From: Eledone cirrhosa
Taxonomy: Eukaryota
Assembly (NCBI GenBank): GCA_964016885.1
Contig: OZ024763.1
Coordinates: forward strand, 4,278,001 to 4,342,000
Length of the DNA: 64,000 bases
Reading direction: 5' to 3'
Position 1 is the stretch's first letter. The number at the start of each line of letters is the position of its first letter. Position numbers and translations under genes: made by a program. Below are positions 13,790-26,739 of the stretch, one piece after another. Below the pieces are notes generated by a model. It worked only from the letters and a program-made list of their open reading frames with translations, was not told the origin of the DNA and did no database searches.

Positions 13790-14690
13790 AAACCTAGGGC
13801 TATAGAGGTTTTCATTGTAGAGAGAGAACTCGTCTGAGAATGTGTGCTGTTCCTCGTAGCCTGATCTCCTGGAGCTCATATTTGCTGATCTTGCAGGGAA
13901 GGACGCTAAGGTGCAGATCTGAGGATTTGGGTATTAATCCTGATGCCCCTATTACCCCAGGGATAGTGTTTGTTGTCATCCTCCACATGTGGTTGATCTC
14001 TATTTCCAGGTCTTTGTATTTTGACAGTTTTCCCATTGTTTTTACAGATGTATTCTTGTCAACTGGTATGGAAATATCTGTTTTGTTTTTTATGACAATA
14101 TCTGGTCTGTTGGCAGCGATTTCTTGGCCGCTTATAACAGGCATATCCCTCAAGATGGATATGTTGCCATTTTCCATGATTGTTTTTGGTTGATGTTCAT
14201 TCCATTTGTCAGAGGTTTGGATGTCATGAAAGCGACAGAGCATCCAGTGCACATATTTGGCAATGCAATTATTTTTTTTTTTTTCATGTGTGCTGTCACT
14301 GAATTACTGAGCACAGCTCTGTGTGCCATGGACATGTGCAGTGTGGTGTTTCATATTCTCTTGTAATGAGAGTACTCTTTGTTATATGTCTGCAGTGCCT
14401 AGTAGTGTTATTGTCAGTCTGTTATATAAGTCCTAGGGTTAGATATCTGTCTGTGTTCATTTTTTATCATTCTTAGATCACCTATTATTATGGGGATTGT
14501 TTCTGTTTTCATTATCCATATTCTGGTTATTTCTAGATCTTTATATTTGGATAATTTCTCCATTTCCTTGGTAGATATATTGTCATCTGTGGAGATCTAT
14601 ATCATTAAAGAACATGTTTTCTCTGTAGTTTTTGACAAGTATTGTTGTTGTTAATAATTTGCTCTTGATTAACAAATTTTCCATTCTATT
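13790..14690 (-). mobile_element. R4/NeSL-like LINE 3' fragments (RLE domain)
   Basis: ANRPDIVIKNK..DISIPVDKN..KLSKYKDLEIEINHMW..LRGTAHILRRVLS; a second degraded copy at ~14400-14690. Confidence 0.8.
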
Positions 14691-14753
14691 TCCCTATCTA
14701 CCCCAAACATTGATGCTGCTGTCAACACCAAACTGCTGCTACCACTGCTGCAG

Positions 14754-14788
14754 TGTTGGAGAGTGTGAAGAATGAGAGTAGTAATGAG
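14754..14788 (+). CDS. PRKCI: aPKC hinge microexon: (V)LESVKNESSNE
   Basis: ctgcag acceptor, strong GAG|gtgagt donor; 35 nt, phase 1-0; supplies the phase change needed between the 12851 and 29675 exons. Confidence 0.7.
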
Positions 14789-15799
14789 GTGAGTTGGGTA
14801 ACTTATTTAACAAAGGAATACACACGTATATACAGCTTCACATACACACACTCAGATAGCTACACGCACACACACACACAGATAACTACATGCACAGCTA
14901 CACACACGCACATAGATAACTACATGCACAGCTACACACACGCACATAGATAACTACATGCACAGCTACACACACCCACCCACACACATGTACACACTCA
15001 CACAGAGCTACACGCTCAGGCATAACTAATTGCACACACACACAGAGCTACAGACACAGCTACAGGTACACACACACACACACAGCTACTGATACACACA
15101 CACAGACAGAGCTACAGGCACACACACACACACACAGAGCTACAGGTACACACACACACACACACACACACAGCTACAGGCACGCACACACACACACACA
15201 TGCACCCAGCTACATACGTGCACACATGCAAATACAGTTACATGTGTACATACATCTATTGCTTAGCTCTTGTCTTCTTACCCATCATCATCATCATCAT
15301 CATCATCTGCTCTTCTTGCTGTCCAGGGTGAGGTTGGGGGGGGGGGGGGGGGTTGTCATGGTACACGTTGGTTTTTATTTGAAGTTACAACATTTCCAGG
15401 TCGGTCTTAGGACCGGGTTTCACCTGTACATCCCATTTCTGCTGTAGTTTCTCTGGCTTGATGCCCTTCCTCATTCCAACAGCCTGTTGGGTAACAGCAG
15501 CACTAGAGAGGTTGTCATGCCCTTATCCAGGCTGAACTGACCCCTTAGGCAGGGATTCTACAGCTGGATTCCTTTTTTTTTATGCCATCAGAACTACATA
15601 TTACTCTACAACACTTTCACATATCCCATTTATCAACACACACACACACACACAGATGTACACACACATGTGCGTGCATGTACACACACACACACACACA
15701 TGTACTCACGATATACATAAACACACATGTACAAAACAGTCACATATGAACACACATGTACAAACACAAACCGACCCATACAAACACATCTATTCTACT

Positions 15800-16200
15800 G
15801 CCACTCTACTTCCACTCCACTCCACTGCCACCTCCACTACCACTCCATTACCCGCTCCACTCCACTGCCACTCCATTTAGCACTCCACTTCCACCTCCAC
15901 TCCCACTCCACCTCCACTCCACTACCACTCCACCCCCACTCTACTACCACTTCACCCCCACTCCACTACCACTTCACCCCCACTCCACTACCACTTCACC
16001 CCCACTCCACTACCACTCCACCCCACTCCACTCCACTACCACTCCACCCCACTCCACTCTACTACCACTCCACCCCACTCCACTCTACTACCACTCCACC
16101 CCCACTCCACTCCACTGCCACCTCCACCCCACTCAACCCCCACTCCACTCTACTACCACTCCACCCCCACTCCACTCCACCCCCACTCCACTCCACTGCC
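15800..16200. repeat. (CCACT)n-like low-complexity tract
   Basis: ccactcca/ccacccc repeats. Confidence 0.9.
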
Positions 16201-16306
16201 ATATATCACCATTACTATTCATTCCATTCACCATAAAACAATAACCTCTCAAAAAAAACTTCAATAAAAGCCATCCAATTGTTTGTGTTCAATTTTTGTT
16301 ACCAAG

Positions 16307-16339
16307 GAGACAAGCCCAGTCCAGACACCATCAACAGAG
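16307..16339 (+). CDS. PRKCI: candidate symmetric hinge microexon: ETSPVQTPSTE
   Basis: tttttgttaccaag acceptor, GAG|gtattc donor; 33 nt, phase 0-0, no stop codon. Confidence 0.5.
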
Positions 16340-16803
16340 GTATTCTGCTATTTTCATATTCTGCTATAATATTATTCTCTCATATTTTATAATTTTGCTC
16401 TTCTATCCCCGCTGTTGCTGTACTGAGTCACCTGTCCCGTTAGTTTCATTTGATATTTATTTCTCTTTTGCATTGATTACCCTCCAATGTACAGGGCCGT
16501 ATTATTCATAAGGCTGACTAGGCTGACACTTAGGAGCCCACTGCCACTTTATTCTGTCCCCAAGGGTATTTTACCTGATTTTCTAAAGCTATTATTATTA
16601 TTTATAACAGTTTTATGTTTGGATTCTAATGTTTCAAATTTCAAATCATCCAAACACATCGATGAATTGTTATATACGCACGCACACACACACACACATA
16701 CACATACACACACACACACACTAATATATACACATATATATATATATACACATAAAATAAAGTTAAATAAAAGTCAAATGATTAAAATTTAGCTTCGTTT
16801 ATT

Positions 16804-16858
16804 ACTGCTATATATATTTCGGTGACAGCCATCTTTGGCTGTGACCTCTTCAGGCAGT
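16804..16858 (-). ncRNA. minimal type I hammerhead ribozyme (copy 1 of tandem pair)
   Basis: Minus strand: acugc CUGAAGA ggucacagcca-aaga-uggcugucacc GAAA uauaua UA gcagu; palindromic stem III. Confidence 0.85.
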
Positions 16859-17045
16859 TTGAATTAGTGTGGTATAGACAAGTACATATGTTGTTTAGGT
16901 GTATGATATTGTCAATACTCTGATATGCCCAGTTCCTTGTTGGGTTGTTATTTCACTGAGGAACTGGAATCATATATATATATATATATACACATAAAAT
17001 AAAGTTAAATAAAAGTCAAATGATTAAAATTTAGCTTCGTTTATT

Positions 17046-17100
17046 ACTGCTATATATATTTCGGTGACAGCCATCTTTGGCTGTGACCTCTTCAGGCAGT
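17046..17100 (-). ncRNA. minimal type I hammerhead ribozyme (copy 2 of tandem pair)
   Basis: Identical to 16804-16858, 242 bp away. Confidence 0.85.
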
Positions 17101-18829
17101 TTGAATTAGTATGGTATAGACAAGTACATATGTTGTTTAGGTGTATAATATTGTCAATACTCTGATATGCCCAGTTCCTTGTTGGGTTGTTATTTCACTG
17201 AGGAACTCGGAGTAACCAAACCAACCTGCGCACTTCGTCGAGTGCTCCAGCCTGCATACTAAGGTGTTGGTATACAACCAACATAAACTCAAAATCTATA
17301 TATACACATATATATACATACACATATAAAGGTGGCGAATTGGCAGAGTTGTTAGAATGTCGGATTGAATGCTTTGTGGTATTTGGTCTGACTCTCAGCT
17401 CTCCAAGTTCAAATCCTGCCAAGGTCAACTTTGCCTTTCATCCTTTCAAGGTCAATAAAAATAAGTACCAGTCTAGTACTGGGGTTGATTCTTCCTCTCT
17501 CTCTGGAAGAAATCTGCTGTACTCGGGCCTGGGGAGGGATGGGCTCTGCCAGGCTAAAAATGCCCAAGGAAACGCCATATGTCAATATGACGCCCCCTAC
17601 GACTCTATCACGAGTTACAGGACCATACATATATACATACATGCATGGTGGCTGCCAACTCGTTTTCGAGTATGGCCACTACTTTATATCCATGTAGGAG
17701 AACCCCTACCGATGCGCTGAACGAGTGTGACTTTTTAGTCCAGCCAGCGACTTGAAAACTCTGGTACAAACACTACACTTGTGACAATTATTGACACATT
17801 GTGCTGGGCCCATGGTACCATGTGACGACAAGTGCAGAGATATCTCCAGATATAAAGCAATGCCTGTGCCGTGAAGCTTTTATAGTGAGCAAAGGCACTG
17901 CACAAAGCCAGTCCCACTCTCTTAACCAAGATGATATTTACCAAAAAGAACAAGAAGTCAACATCATTGGATACCATCAGGGTTGCAGGTGTTATATCAG
18001 AGTTTTCCTTCTCCTAGAATTCTGCCTTGACAAAGGCTAAGGGGTCATCTCTCCCTGTGATTTTGGATGGCCATTGACTCTTAAGAGCTCCTTTGCCATT
18101 TGACAGGTCTTGTTTTTAGTCCTGCAGGATGTCCAAAGTCACCCTCCTCACCAAGAAACCTTGGTGGGGTTGCCAGTTTAGTCGCCAACGACCCGACCAT
18201 GAGACAGGTTGTACTGGGATACATGTTACCAGTAGCACCAACTGGTGACCAACTGGTGACCTGACATACATGCATACATACATACATACATGCATACATA
18301 CATCTATACATCATCATCATCACTGTTTAACATCTATTTCCCATGCTTTCATGGATTAGATTGGTTGTCCATGATATGAGACAAGTCTGACCAGTTGACT
18401 GCACCATACCTTGCTCAAACAAAACTGTATTTTGGTGGTTCCGTTATGAGGAGGGTCTGGCCAGTTGGTCACACTGTACCATGCTCATAGCAGGACCGTA
18501 TTTTGGGGACATACACACAGGGCCATGTTATTAATAAGTCTAAACTGAAGCTTAAGGGGCCTGTTATTGTTTTTTTGTTGTTGTAGTTGAAAGGTTGAAG
18601 TGCTGGAGGTGATGTGAATTACTTGAAAGTTTAGGGTTACATACCATGGGCTTATACGTCCTACTTACCCCTGCTATATACCATTTTGTTTTTATATTTT
18701 ATATTTTTTGCTTCTCCCTGCTGCTGCTAATCTACTCAGTGACCTGTCCAGAATCTTGTGTCCATTTGATTTCATTTTTGATTTGATTTTGTCCCTCCTG
18801 CATTGATATGTATCCTCTGTGTTATATAC

Positions 18830-19029
18830 CAGTGGTGGTAAATTACGGCCCTGTGGGTCACATGTGGCTTGTGAGGTTTGTGTATGTGGCCCACAAACGT
18901 TGTTGCACGGTCATGTCAATTTGCACAACTCTTCATCGAATAACATGTAGGGTTTAAATGAAATGTAACCCACTAGTACCTTACAGATATTCCATATGAC
19001 CCTCAGGGAGAAAAGTTTGCCAACTCCTG
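18830..19029. mobile_element. hAT-type MITE
   Basis: CAG...CTG termini (cagtggtggtaaa / tttgccaactcctg); 8-bp TSD ttatatac/ctatatac. Confidence 0.65.
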
Positions 19030-19099
19030 CTATATACTATTTTTCTTTCTCTATTTGCTGCTGATGTACTGAGTGACTCTGGACTGCATCCATTTCTTT

Positions 19100-19385
19100 T
19101 GACTGTCTGTATCTCCCCTTCCCTACATTTGACTGTCTGTATCTCCCCTTCCCTACATTTGACTGTTTGTATCTCCCCTTCCCTACATTTGACTATTTAT
19201 ATCGCCCTTCCCTACATTTGACTGTCTGTATCTCCCCTTCCCCACATTAACCCCCTAACTGTGTCTCCCCTTCCCTATATAACCCCTAACTGTCTCCCCT
19301 TCCCTACATTAACCCCCTAACTGTGTCTCCCCTTCCCTACATTAACCCCTAACTGTCTCCACTACCCTACATTAACCCCTTAACT
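19100..19385. repeat. ~30-bp minisatellite
   Basis: gactgtctgtatctccccttccctacattt with period 30. Confidence 0.88.
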
Positions 19386-19448
19386 GCTATGTATCCTTGA
19401 TTTGAAATCTATATGATTTTTTTGTTTTAATTTAAAATTTAATTTTAA

Positions 19449-19657
19449 CCCTTTATCATTTCCATTACTCTATATTTACTATTGTATTTTCACGGTAAAG
19501 GTTTTATTTCACATAATATGGAATCTACGAGATTTTGATATTATTTATTTTGAGAAAAATACCTTAACATCAGTATGAGGGGCCAGTTATGGCCAGTTTA
19601 AACAGAAAGAGGTGAGAAAATTCTGGCTGGATATGGCTGGCTTAAATGTTCAAAGGG
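19449..19657 (-). mobile_element. piggyBac-type MITE, unexpanded copy
   Basis: TTAA|CCCTTT...AAAGGG|TTAA; internal sequence is the reverse complement of the 48100 element. Confidence 0.8.
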
Positions 19658-20519
19658 TTAATTATTTTTTCATGTGTATAAATATGTCTGAGCTTCCAAA
19701 AATATTTATATAATGTATGTTTTCTTTTCATTATTTTTCCAGTTTGTGGAAAAATAATGAAAAGGTAATGAAAAATAAGGGCAGTGGATTGGCAGAATCG
19801 GTAGAGGGTCAGACACCATGTTTTGCAGCATAGAGTTATGGCCCTTTATGGTCTGAGTTCAAATCCTGCCGAGGTTAACTTTGCCTTTGATCCTTACAGG
19901 GTCGATAAAATAAAGTACCGGTAATGCACTGGGGTGATTGCTGGCCTTGTGCCAAAAGTAGAAACAGTTATTTTTCCAGTTTGTTTTGTAATGTTTTTGT
20001 AACATCATTTCTCCTCTTTACTGCTGTTGGTCAGCTTCCATCCAATTCTCACTTTATCTTGTGTTTTATTTTTATTTTCAATTCCTCATTTCATCTTCCC
20101 TAATTTTGGAATTATTTTCTTCCACTTGAAATGTTCTATATCTGCAGGTATCTCAGCAGATACCTGCAGACTTCTGGGGGTTCGTGTGCTAAGTTAAAAT
20201 TTCTACTTCTTTAAATATAAATATTTCTCTCTTTCAATTGTTATTCTCACTTTACAATAGTTTCAAGTGCTTTACTAAAAACATAACAAACAATATTGGC
20301 CATCCATTCTCCTCTAAGTATACACATTTCTCTTTTATATAACAATTTGGGAGGTGGGGAGTAATTGTAGTGAAGGAAAGAGTTCCGTTGGAAAATTGAT
20401 TTAAATAAAAGGTCGTTGGTAGTAAAACGGTTGAGAACCACTGCAGAGTAATATAGAAACTACATAATGACAGCTGCAGCCTGATAACACCTGTCACCCT
20501 CATACCAGTAATTGGTGCA

Positions 20520-21940
20520 GACTGGTTGTTATTATGCTGACTGTTCCTCTATACATTGTTTGTATAGCTTTCATAAGCCACTCATCTATTCCTAGTTTTC
20601 TAAGAGCCCACCAGATAATGGAACAGGGGACTCTGTCAAAGGCTTTCTCCAAGTCAACAAAAGCTAAGTAGAGGGGTTTACTTTTAGCTAGGTACTTCTC
20701 TTGAAGTTGCCTTATGAGGAAGAGGGCATATGTGGTACTTTTACCTGGCACAAATCCACTCCATTATCAACACGAACACACTTCTCCCTAATAATATCAC
20801 AATTTTCCATGGCACATTGTCTTGCAATCCTCAACATCTCACACCTTTTGTCTTCACTTTGCAAAACATGCTTACATTTTTTATCTTCTGCTTCCCTTCT
20901 TGCAAAGTACTCTTGTCGCCTAGCTTCTCTCCTAGCCACCTGATAGTGGTCTCTACTCCCCCCCCCCCCTCTATATTGTATGCCTGTATTTGCTCTCCCT
21001 TACTGTCAAAAGCATCAAGTAACATGTCTCTAAATTTGTTACTGACTGTGGGAACTAGAGAAGAAAGGCCAACTTGTCTAAGACTAAAGTTCTAGTATGT
21101 AGAAAGGAAAATAGGGCACTGGTCCCCTCTGGGAAATGGCCATGCTCAGTGAGTAGGAAAGGAGTAGGTAGAAATTCCATTTTATGTCCCAAATGCAAAC
21201 TATGTGTACATAAAAGATGTAGTGGAATCACAGGTAAGCTATCTAAGAATGTAGATTTCATATGTGGCCGATGCTTAGGTGCAATAAGTAGCAAGTGCCC
21301 ACAGGATACTATCTCCTTCTATTGCCCAGATGGTTCTATAGAAATAGTGGACACTTTCCAATACGTGGGTGACATTCAGCAGTGGTAGAGGGTGCTCTGA
21401 AAGTACTGTAGCCAGAGTCAGAACGGGATGGAAAGAGAGCTTATACCGCTGTTGGCCACAAAAGGTTTCTCTCTAAAAATGAAAGCAGATTGTATGATGC
21501 CTGTATACGAACAGCAATGTAGTACCAACATAACTTTACAGAGAAAGGGAGGTATGGGTGGGAGGATGGAGTAGGGGCAGTGGGTTGGGGTGTATATTTG
21601 GTTAAGAGGTGCCTACTGACTTTAGGTTTCGCTTTGTACATAGGCAAGGCGGGTCTTCTGTATTACTGCGTGGCACAGGTTTTTCTGGGTCTTCCTACTC
21701 CGTAACTTCCATCAATTTTGATCACCCTGTACTTTTTTATACAGCTGTCATCTTTCATGCGTTTCCTGTGACCATACCAATGTAGTCTTCTCTCAAGTAA
21801 ACAGCATCTGATCCCTCTTATTTCTAATTTCTCACTTAGTTCATTTATGTTTTGCCGTTCGCGTATATTACTATTACACATCCAACGGAGCATACATGCT
21901 TCATTCCTTTCCAGTCTGCGCAGGTCCTCTGCACACAATG
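20520..21940. mobile_element. scrambled RTE-clade LINE fragments on both strands
   Basis: Minus: PGKSTT..LAFVDLEKAFDRVP; plus: KTKVLV..WPC..C..C zinc-finger-like segment; minus: LRWMCN..RRLHWYGH..GRPRKT. Confidence 0.85.
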
Positions 21941-22821
21941 CCCGTGGTGAAATAATTCTGGCTGGATACAGCCGACTTAAATGCTTAAGGGTTAATCTTC
22001 AGCACACTGTTGGCAACAAATTATGACAGGAGAGTAATCTCCACTTAATAGATAATGCACTGTCAAGGGAAACAATTCATAAAAAAATTCAACGTCCTAA
22101 AGTTTAAATCATTACTTAACAAATACACCATATTTTTAATGAAATAGTGTCTTTGTTGATCAATTAACTATAAAATATTGAAGTATGTAATGAAATAATA
22201 TTTTCACGAGTAAGCTGATTTTTAAAACATTTAATAAAAGGATTTTTTACTAGAATTATAATGAAAAAAATTAATATAAATATAAATACTTTGTGTTACT
22301 ATATTTCCAATAAAATACGTTGCCTATGTTTATCAATAAATTCTTAACCTCTTCAGTGCCATAGATAAGATAACTCGTCCTAACATGTTTGAACTCATTT
22401 CCAACAGTTCATAACTTCAAAGCCAGATGGGGGTTACTAGTTTATTGATGTGACGTTTGTCAATCAAAATAGTCATTTAAGTGAAAGAAAACCTGGCACT
22501 GCAACTGTAGCTGTGTAAAATATACATGGCAGTCAATAGATTAATGATATAACCAACTTTTTCATATGAAAGCTGATGTTTAAAACATTAAAAAATTATA
22601 AATAAAATTATGATGGACGGTTTTAATCTTGGTATGAACATTTTAAATAGTCTTAAAAGCTGGGTGGTTACGGGTAGGTTTTAATATATAGATTAGTTCC
22701 ATACTTTCATGATAGATCTGCCACTGCTTGTGTGTATATTTGTGTTTCTGTCTATGTTTGTATGTCTGTTTGTGTGCGTGTTTTACTTTTAAACAGTTTC
22801 CTCGTCTGTATTCTACCACAG

Positions 22822-22863
22822 GACAGCTGGTCGGATGTCACATCCGATGACTTGGATGGCGGC
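22822..22863 (+). CDS. PRKCI: candidate symmetric hinge microexon: DSWSDVTSDDLDGG
   Basis: Long pyrimidine-rich tract plus ccacag acceptor, GGC|gtaaga donor; 42 nt, phase 0-0; acidic peptide in an otherwise AT-rich intron. Confidence 0.6.
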
Positions 22864-23724
22864 GTAAGAAAAACACCAATATTCTTATTGTTCCCTCCAC
22901 TTACCCTAATAACATTCTCTCTGTAGCCAGTTTGGTTTTTCTTTTAGTTTCACTCCCCGTTTTCTGTTAAACATCTTAGATATACCCTATACTTAGTTGT
23001 TTTTCCTCACCTAACTACACTGGTCTCTTGCTATCTTTTTTTGTTTTTACCCTTTGTTTTTATACCCTTAAATACCCCTTATAACCTATCTTTCCCCAGT
23101 TAAATATATTGATCTCTTTGGAGCTATGGTTTAAGTTTTTTTTCCTGTTTTTTTACCCTTATATCCCGTCATTCTCAATCTTTCCTCACCTATATTGGTT
23201 CCTATAGAGATTTGTTTTTATTGATTTTTTTATAGTTTTTCTCAGTTTTCTCTTTGTAGATTTCTCATTAGTTTTCCCCTGTGTTTCTACCCTTGAATAC
23301 ACCCTATACCTGTATATTTTCTCCATATCTATGTGTGTGTGTGTGTGTATATAGATATATATATATATATATATATTTCTTTCTTTCTTTTAGTAAAAGT
23401 ATGTATATATGTTTACTGATCTGTCATTTATAAACATTAAAGCATGGGGATTGCCAAGCAGATCTGAGGATGTCCTCTCCGATCTGTTTTAGTATGAAAC
23501 CATATGCTAACATACATAATGTTGTGTAATATTGTTATCATGTAATTATACATACAAGCATGCATGCACGAATACATACATTTTATTATAATTTATTATA
23601 AGTTACTGTATTTTCAGCTGATATAACTTTTTCACCTACACCTTTCCAGTTTTTATATTTGAAAATGAATTTCTTTATATGTCTTTCTCTCTCTCTATAT
23701 ATATATATATATATACATACACAT

Positions 23725-24055
23725 GGAGGCACATGGCTTAGTGGTTAGAGCATTAGCCTTGCAATCGAAAGGTTGTGAGTTCAATTCTCAGACCGGGTGA
23801 TGTGTTGTTTCCTTGAGCCAGACACTTTATTTCACATTGCTCCAGTTTACTCAGCTGTAGAAATGAGATGATAGGGACTGGGGTCCCTATCATTCCACTG
23901 TAAAGTGGTCGTGGAGGTGCCACGGCAAAAAGGCACCCAGCACTCACTGTAAATGAGGTTGGTGTTAGGAAGGGCATCCAGCTGTAGAAATCAAGCCAGA
24001 ATCAGTTCCCGTCCCACCCTTACAAGCAGGGAAAAGCGGACGTAAAATGAAATGA
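23725..24055 (+). mobile_element. young tRNA-headed SINE (copies at 26024-26375 -, 40872-41208 +, 53613-53967 +)
   Basis: A-box tggcttagtgg, B-box gagttcaattc, ccttgagcaagacactt central domain, internal hairpin atgatagggac-tggg-gtccctatcat, RTE-like tail. Confidence 0.88.
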
Positions 24056-24062
24056 AAAATAT

Positions 24063-24123
<61 letters not shown>

Positions 24124-24591
24124 GCGCATACTTATACACACTGGGTGTCCCCCAAAAATGTATATATACTTTTATTAGAATGCTGTTGAACTGCATATTC
24201 ATTTTTTTAGGACATCCTGCATATATATACATATATAGTGTGAAGGCACAGAGCTTAGTGGTTAGAGCATCAGGCTTACAATCGTGAAGTTGTGAGTTCG
24301 ATTCTCGGATCGGGCTTTGTGTTGTGTTCTTGAGCAAGACATTTTATTTCACGTTGCTTCAGTTTACTCAGCTGTAGAAAGGAGTTGCAACATCACTGGT
24401 ATCAAGCTGTATCGGTCATTGCCTTTCCCTTGGACAACATCGCTGGTGTGGAGAGGGGAGGGAGACTGGTATGCATGGGTGAATGCTGGTCTTCCACAAA
24501 CAACCCTGCCCGGACTTCTATGCTTCGGAGGGGAACTTTCTAGGTGTAAATCCCACAATCATTCATGACTGAACGGGGTCTGTACTCTCTT

Positions 24592-24641
<50 letters not shown>

Positions 24642-24815
24642 ATAAAATCGAGGGAGGCCTAGATAAGGTTTGTATATATATAAATATATATATATATATA
24701 TTTAGAGAATGAGAAAGTGTGGTAAAGATATATATAGAGGGTAAAAGCATAAAATAAATACCATTCTTTCATCTCATATATATATAAATATATATATAAA
24801 TATATATATAAATAT

Positions 24816-24864
<49 letters not shown>

Positions 24865-24911
24865 AATATATATATATATATGTATATATATATAAATATA
24901 TATATATATAA

Positions 24912-24944
<33 letters not shown>

Positions 24945-24973
24945 AATATATATATATAAATATATATATATAA

Positions 24974-25004
<31 letters not shown>

Positions 25005-25033
25005 AATATATATATATAAATATATATATATAA

Positions 25034-25064
<31 letters not shown>

Positions 25065-25097
25065 AATATATATATATAAATAAATATATATATATAA

Positions 25098-25168
<71 letters not shown>

Positions 25169-25197
25169 AATATATATATATATAAATATATATATCA

Positions 25198-25664
25198 GTA
25201 GGCACCTCTAACAAAATACCCCCCCACCCCCACCCCATCCACACCACCCCTTTCAATGTGAAGTTATGTTGGTACCACAACATCCAGTCCGAAACAAATG
25301 AGGTGTGTAGGTGTCACGACAAAAAAAAAAAACACACAGTCCACGCTGTAATGTGGCCGTGTAGGTAACACGGTAAAAACCTGCCAGTCCACACTGTAAA
25401 CGTGGTTGGTGTTAGGAAGGGCATCCAGCTGTAGAAAACCCGCCAGACAGTCCACGCTGTAATGTGGCTGTGTAGGTAACACGGTAAAAACCTCCCAGCC
25501 CCACACTGTAAACGTGGTTGGTGTTAGGAAGGGCATCCAGCTGTAGAAAACCCGCCAGACAGTCCTGAGCAAGACAACCAATCTTGCCTCAAGTGGGACA
25601 ATTCCCATCCAGACCCATGCTAGCGTGGAAAATGGACGTTAAACGATGATGATGATGATGATGA
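25198..25664 (+). mobile_element. SINE subfamily with internal duplication (related copies 49780-50195 -, 60901-61190 -)
   Basis: Shared ggaagggcatccagctgtagaaaacc core and (gat)n tail. Confidence 0.8.
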
Positions 25665-26023
25665 TAAATATATATATTATAAATATATATATAAATATAT
25701 ATATATATAAATATATTATAAATATATATAAATAAATCTCTGTTAGTAGCTTGGTTGTGATGTCACAATCAAGCTGTTAACAGAGAAGGATGGACATAAA
25801 AATGAACTTTCTTCTCTGAATGATCATGTATGTGAAAATTAATTTTTCTTCCCCTTTTTATTATTATTATTATTATTATGCAACTTAACAATATTCTGCA
25901 TATCTGCAATTGACATATAATGCTGAAACTGGTATTGTAAATAAATTATTTTGATATTTCACTGAAAAAATCTCAACATTTTCTCCTCAAAAAATCTTTT
26001 TCTTTCTACTATTTGTTTATATA

Positions 26024-26375
26024 TATCATCATAATCATCATCATCATTCCATTTTACGTCCGCTTTTTCCCTGCTTGCAAGGGTGGGACGGGAACTGATT
26101 CTGGCTTGATTTCTACAGCTGGATGCCCTTCCTAACACCAACCTCATTTACAGTGAGTGCTGGGTGCTTTTTTGCCGTGGCACCTCCACAACCACTTTAC
26201 AGTGGAATAATAGGGACCCCAGTCCCTATCATCTCATTTCTACAGCTGAGTAAACTGGAGCAATGTGAAATAAAGTGTCTTGTTCAAGGAAACAACACAT
26301 CACCCGGTCTGAGAATTGAACTCACAACCTTTCGATTGCAAGGCCAATGCTCTAACCACTAAGCCATGTGCCTCC
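26024..26375 (-). mobile_element. young tRNA-headed SINE
   Basis: Reverse complement of 23725-24055. Confidence 0.88.
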
Positions 26376-26739
26376 ACATATATATATATACATATAAGTA
26401 TTGAGAAAATATTTATTATGAGTACAGATTAAAATTTCCAGCAAAGAATTTATGCTTTCACCTTAAGCAGGATCATTTGTAGATGCAGAAGTACCTATTT
26501 AAAAAAATAAGTTATAACCAAATATTGCCTTTAGAACATAGAAAGATATAAAGGTAGCACATAAGGATGTTCTCTTGAGATGAGCAAAATATATGCAAGG
26601 AGAATTACATCATTTTGTGAAGTGGGGAGAACAAAGTCTTTCTAAGAAAAAATCAGGAGACTAATAATCTTTTGAGCTGAATAATTTCTGGCTACCATAT
26701 ATGGAAAATGATATTAATAGTAGAATGGGAGGCTTATCA

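Larger units (their letters stand above)
16735..17206 (-). mobile_element. 242-bp tandem duplication with one hammerhead per unit (Penelope pLTR / retrozyme-like)
   Basis: cataaaataaagtt begins at 16751 and at 16993; units are near-identical and separated by a (TA)n run. Confidence 0.75.

Noticed and set aside
23725-23800. tRNA-like sequence with A and B boxes
   Set aside because: It is a SINE head without an intact cloverleaf and continues into the SINE body in all copies
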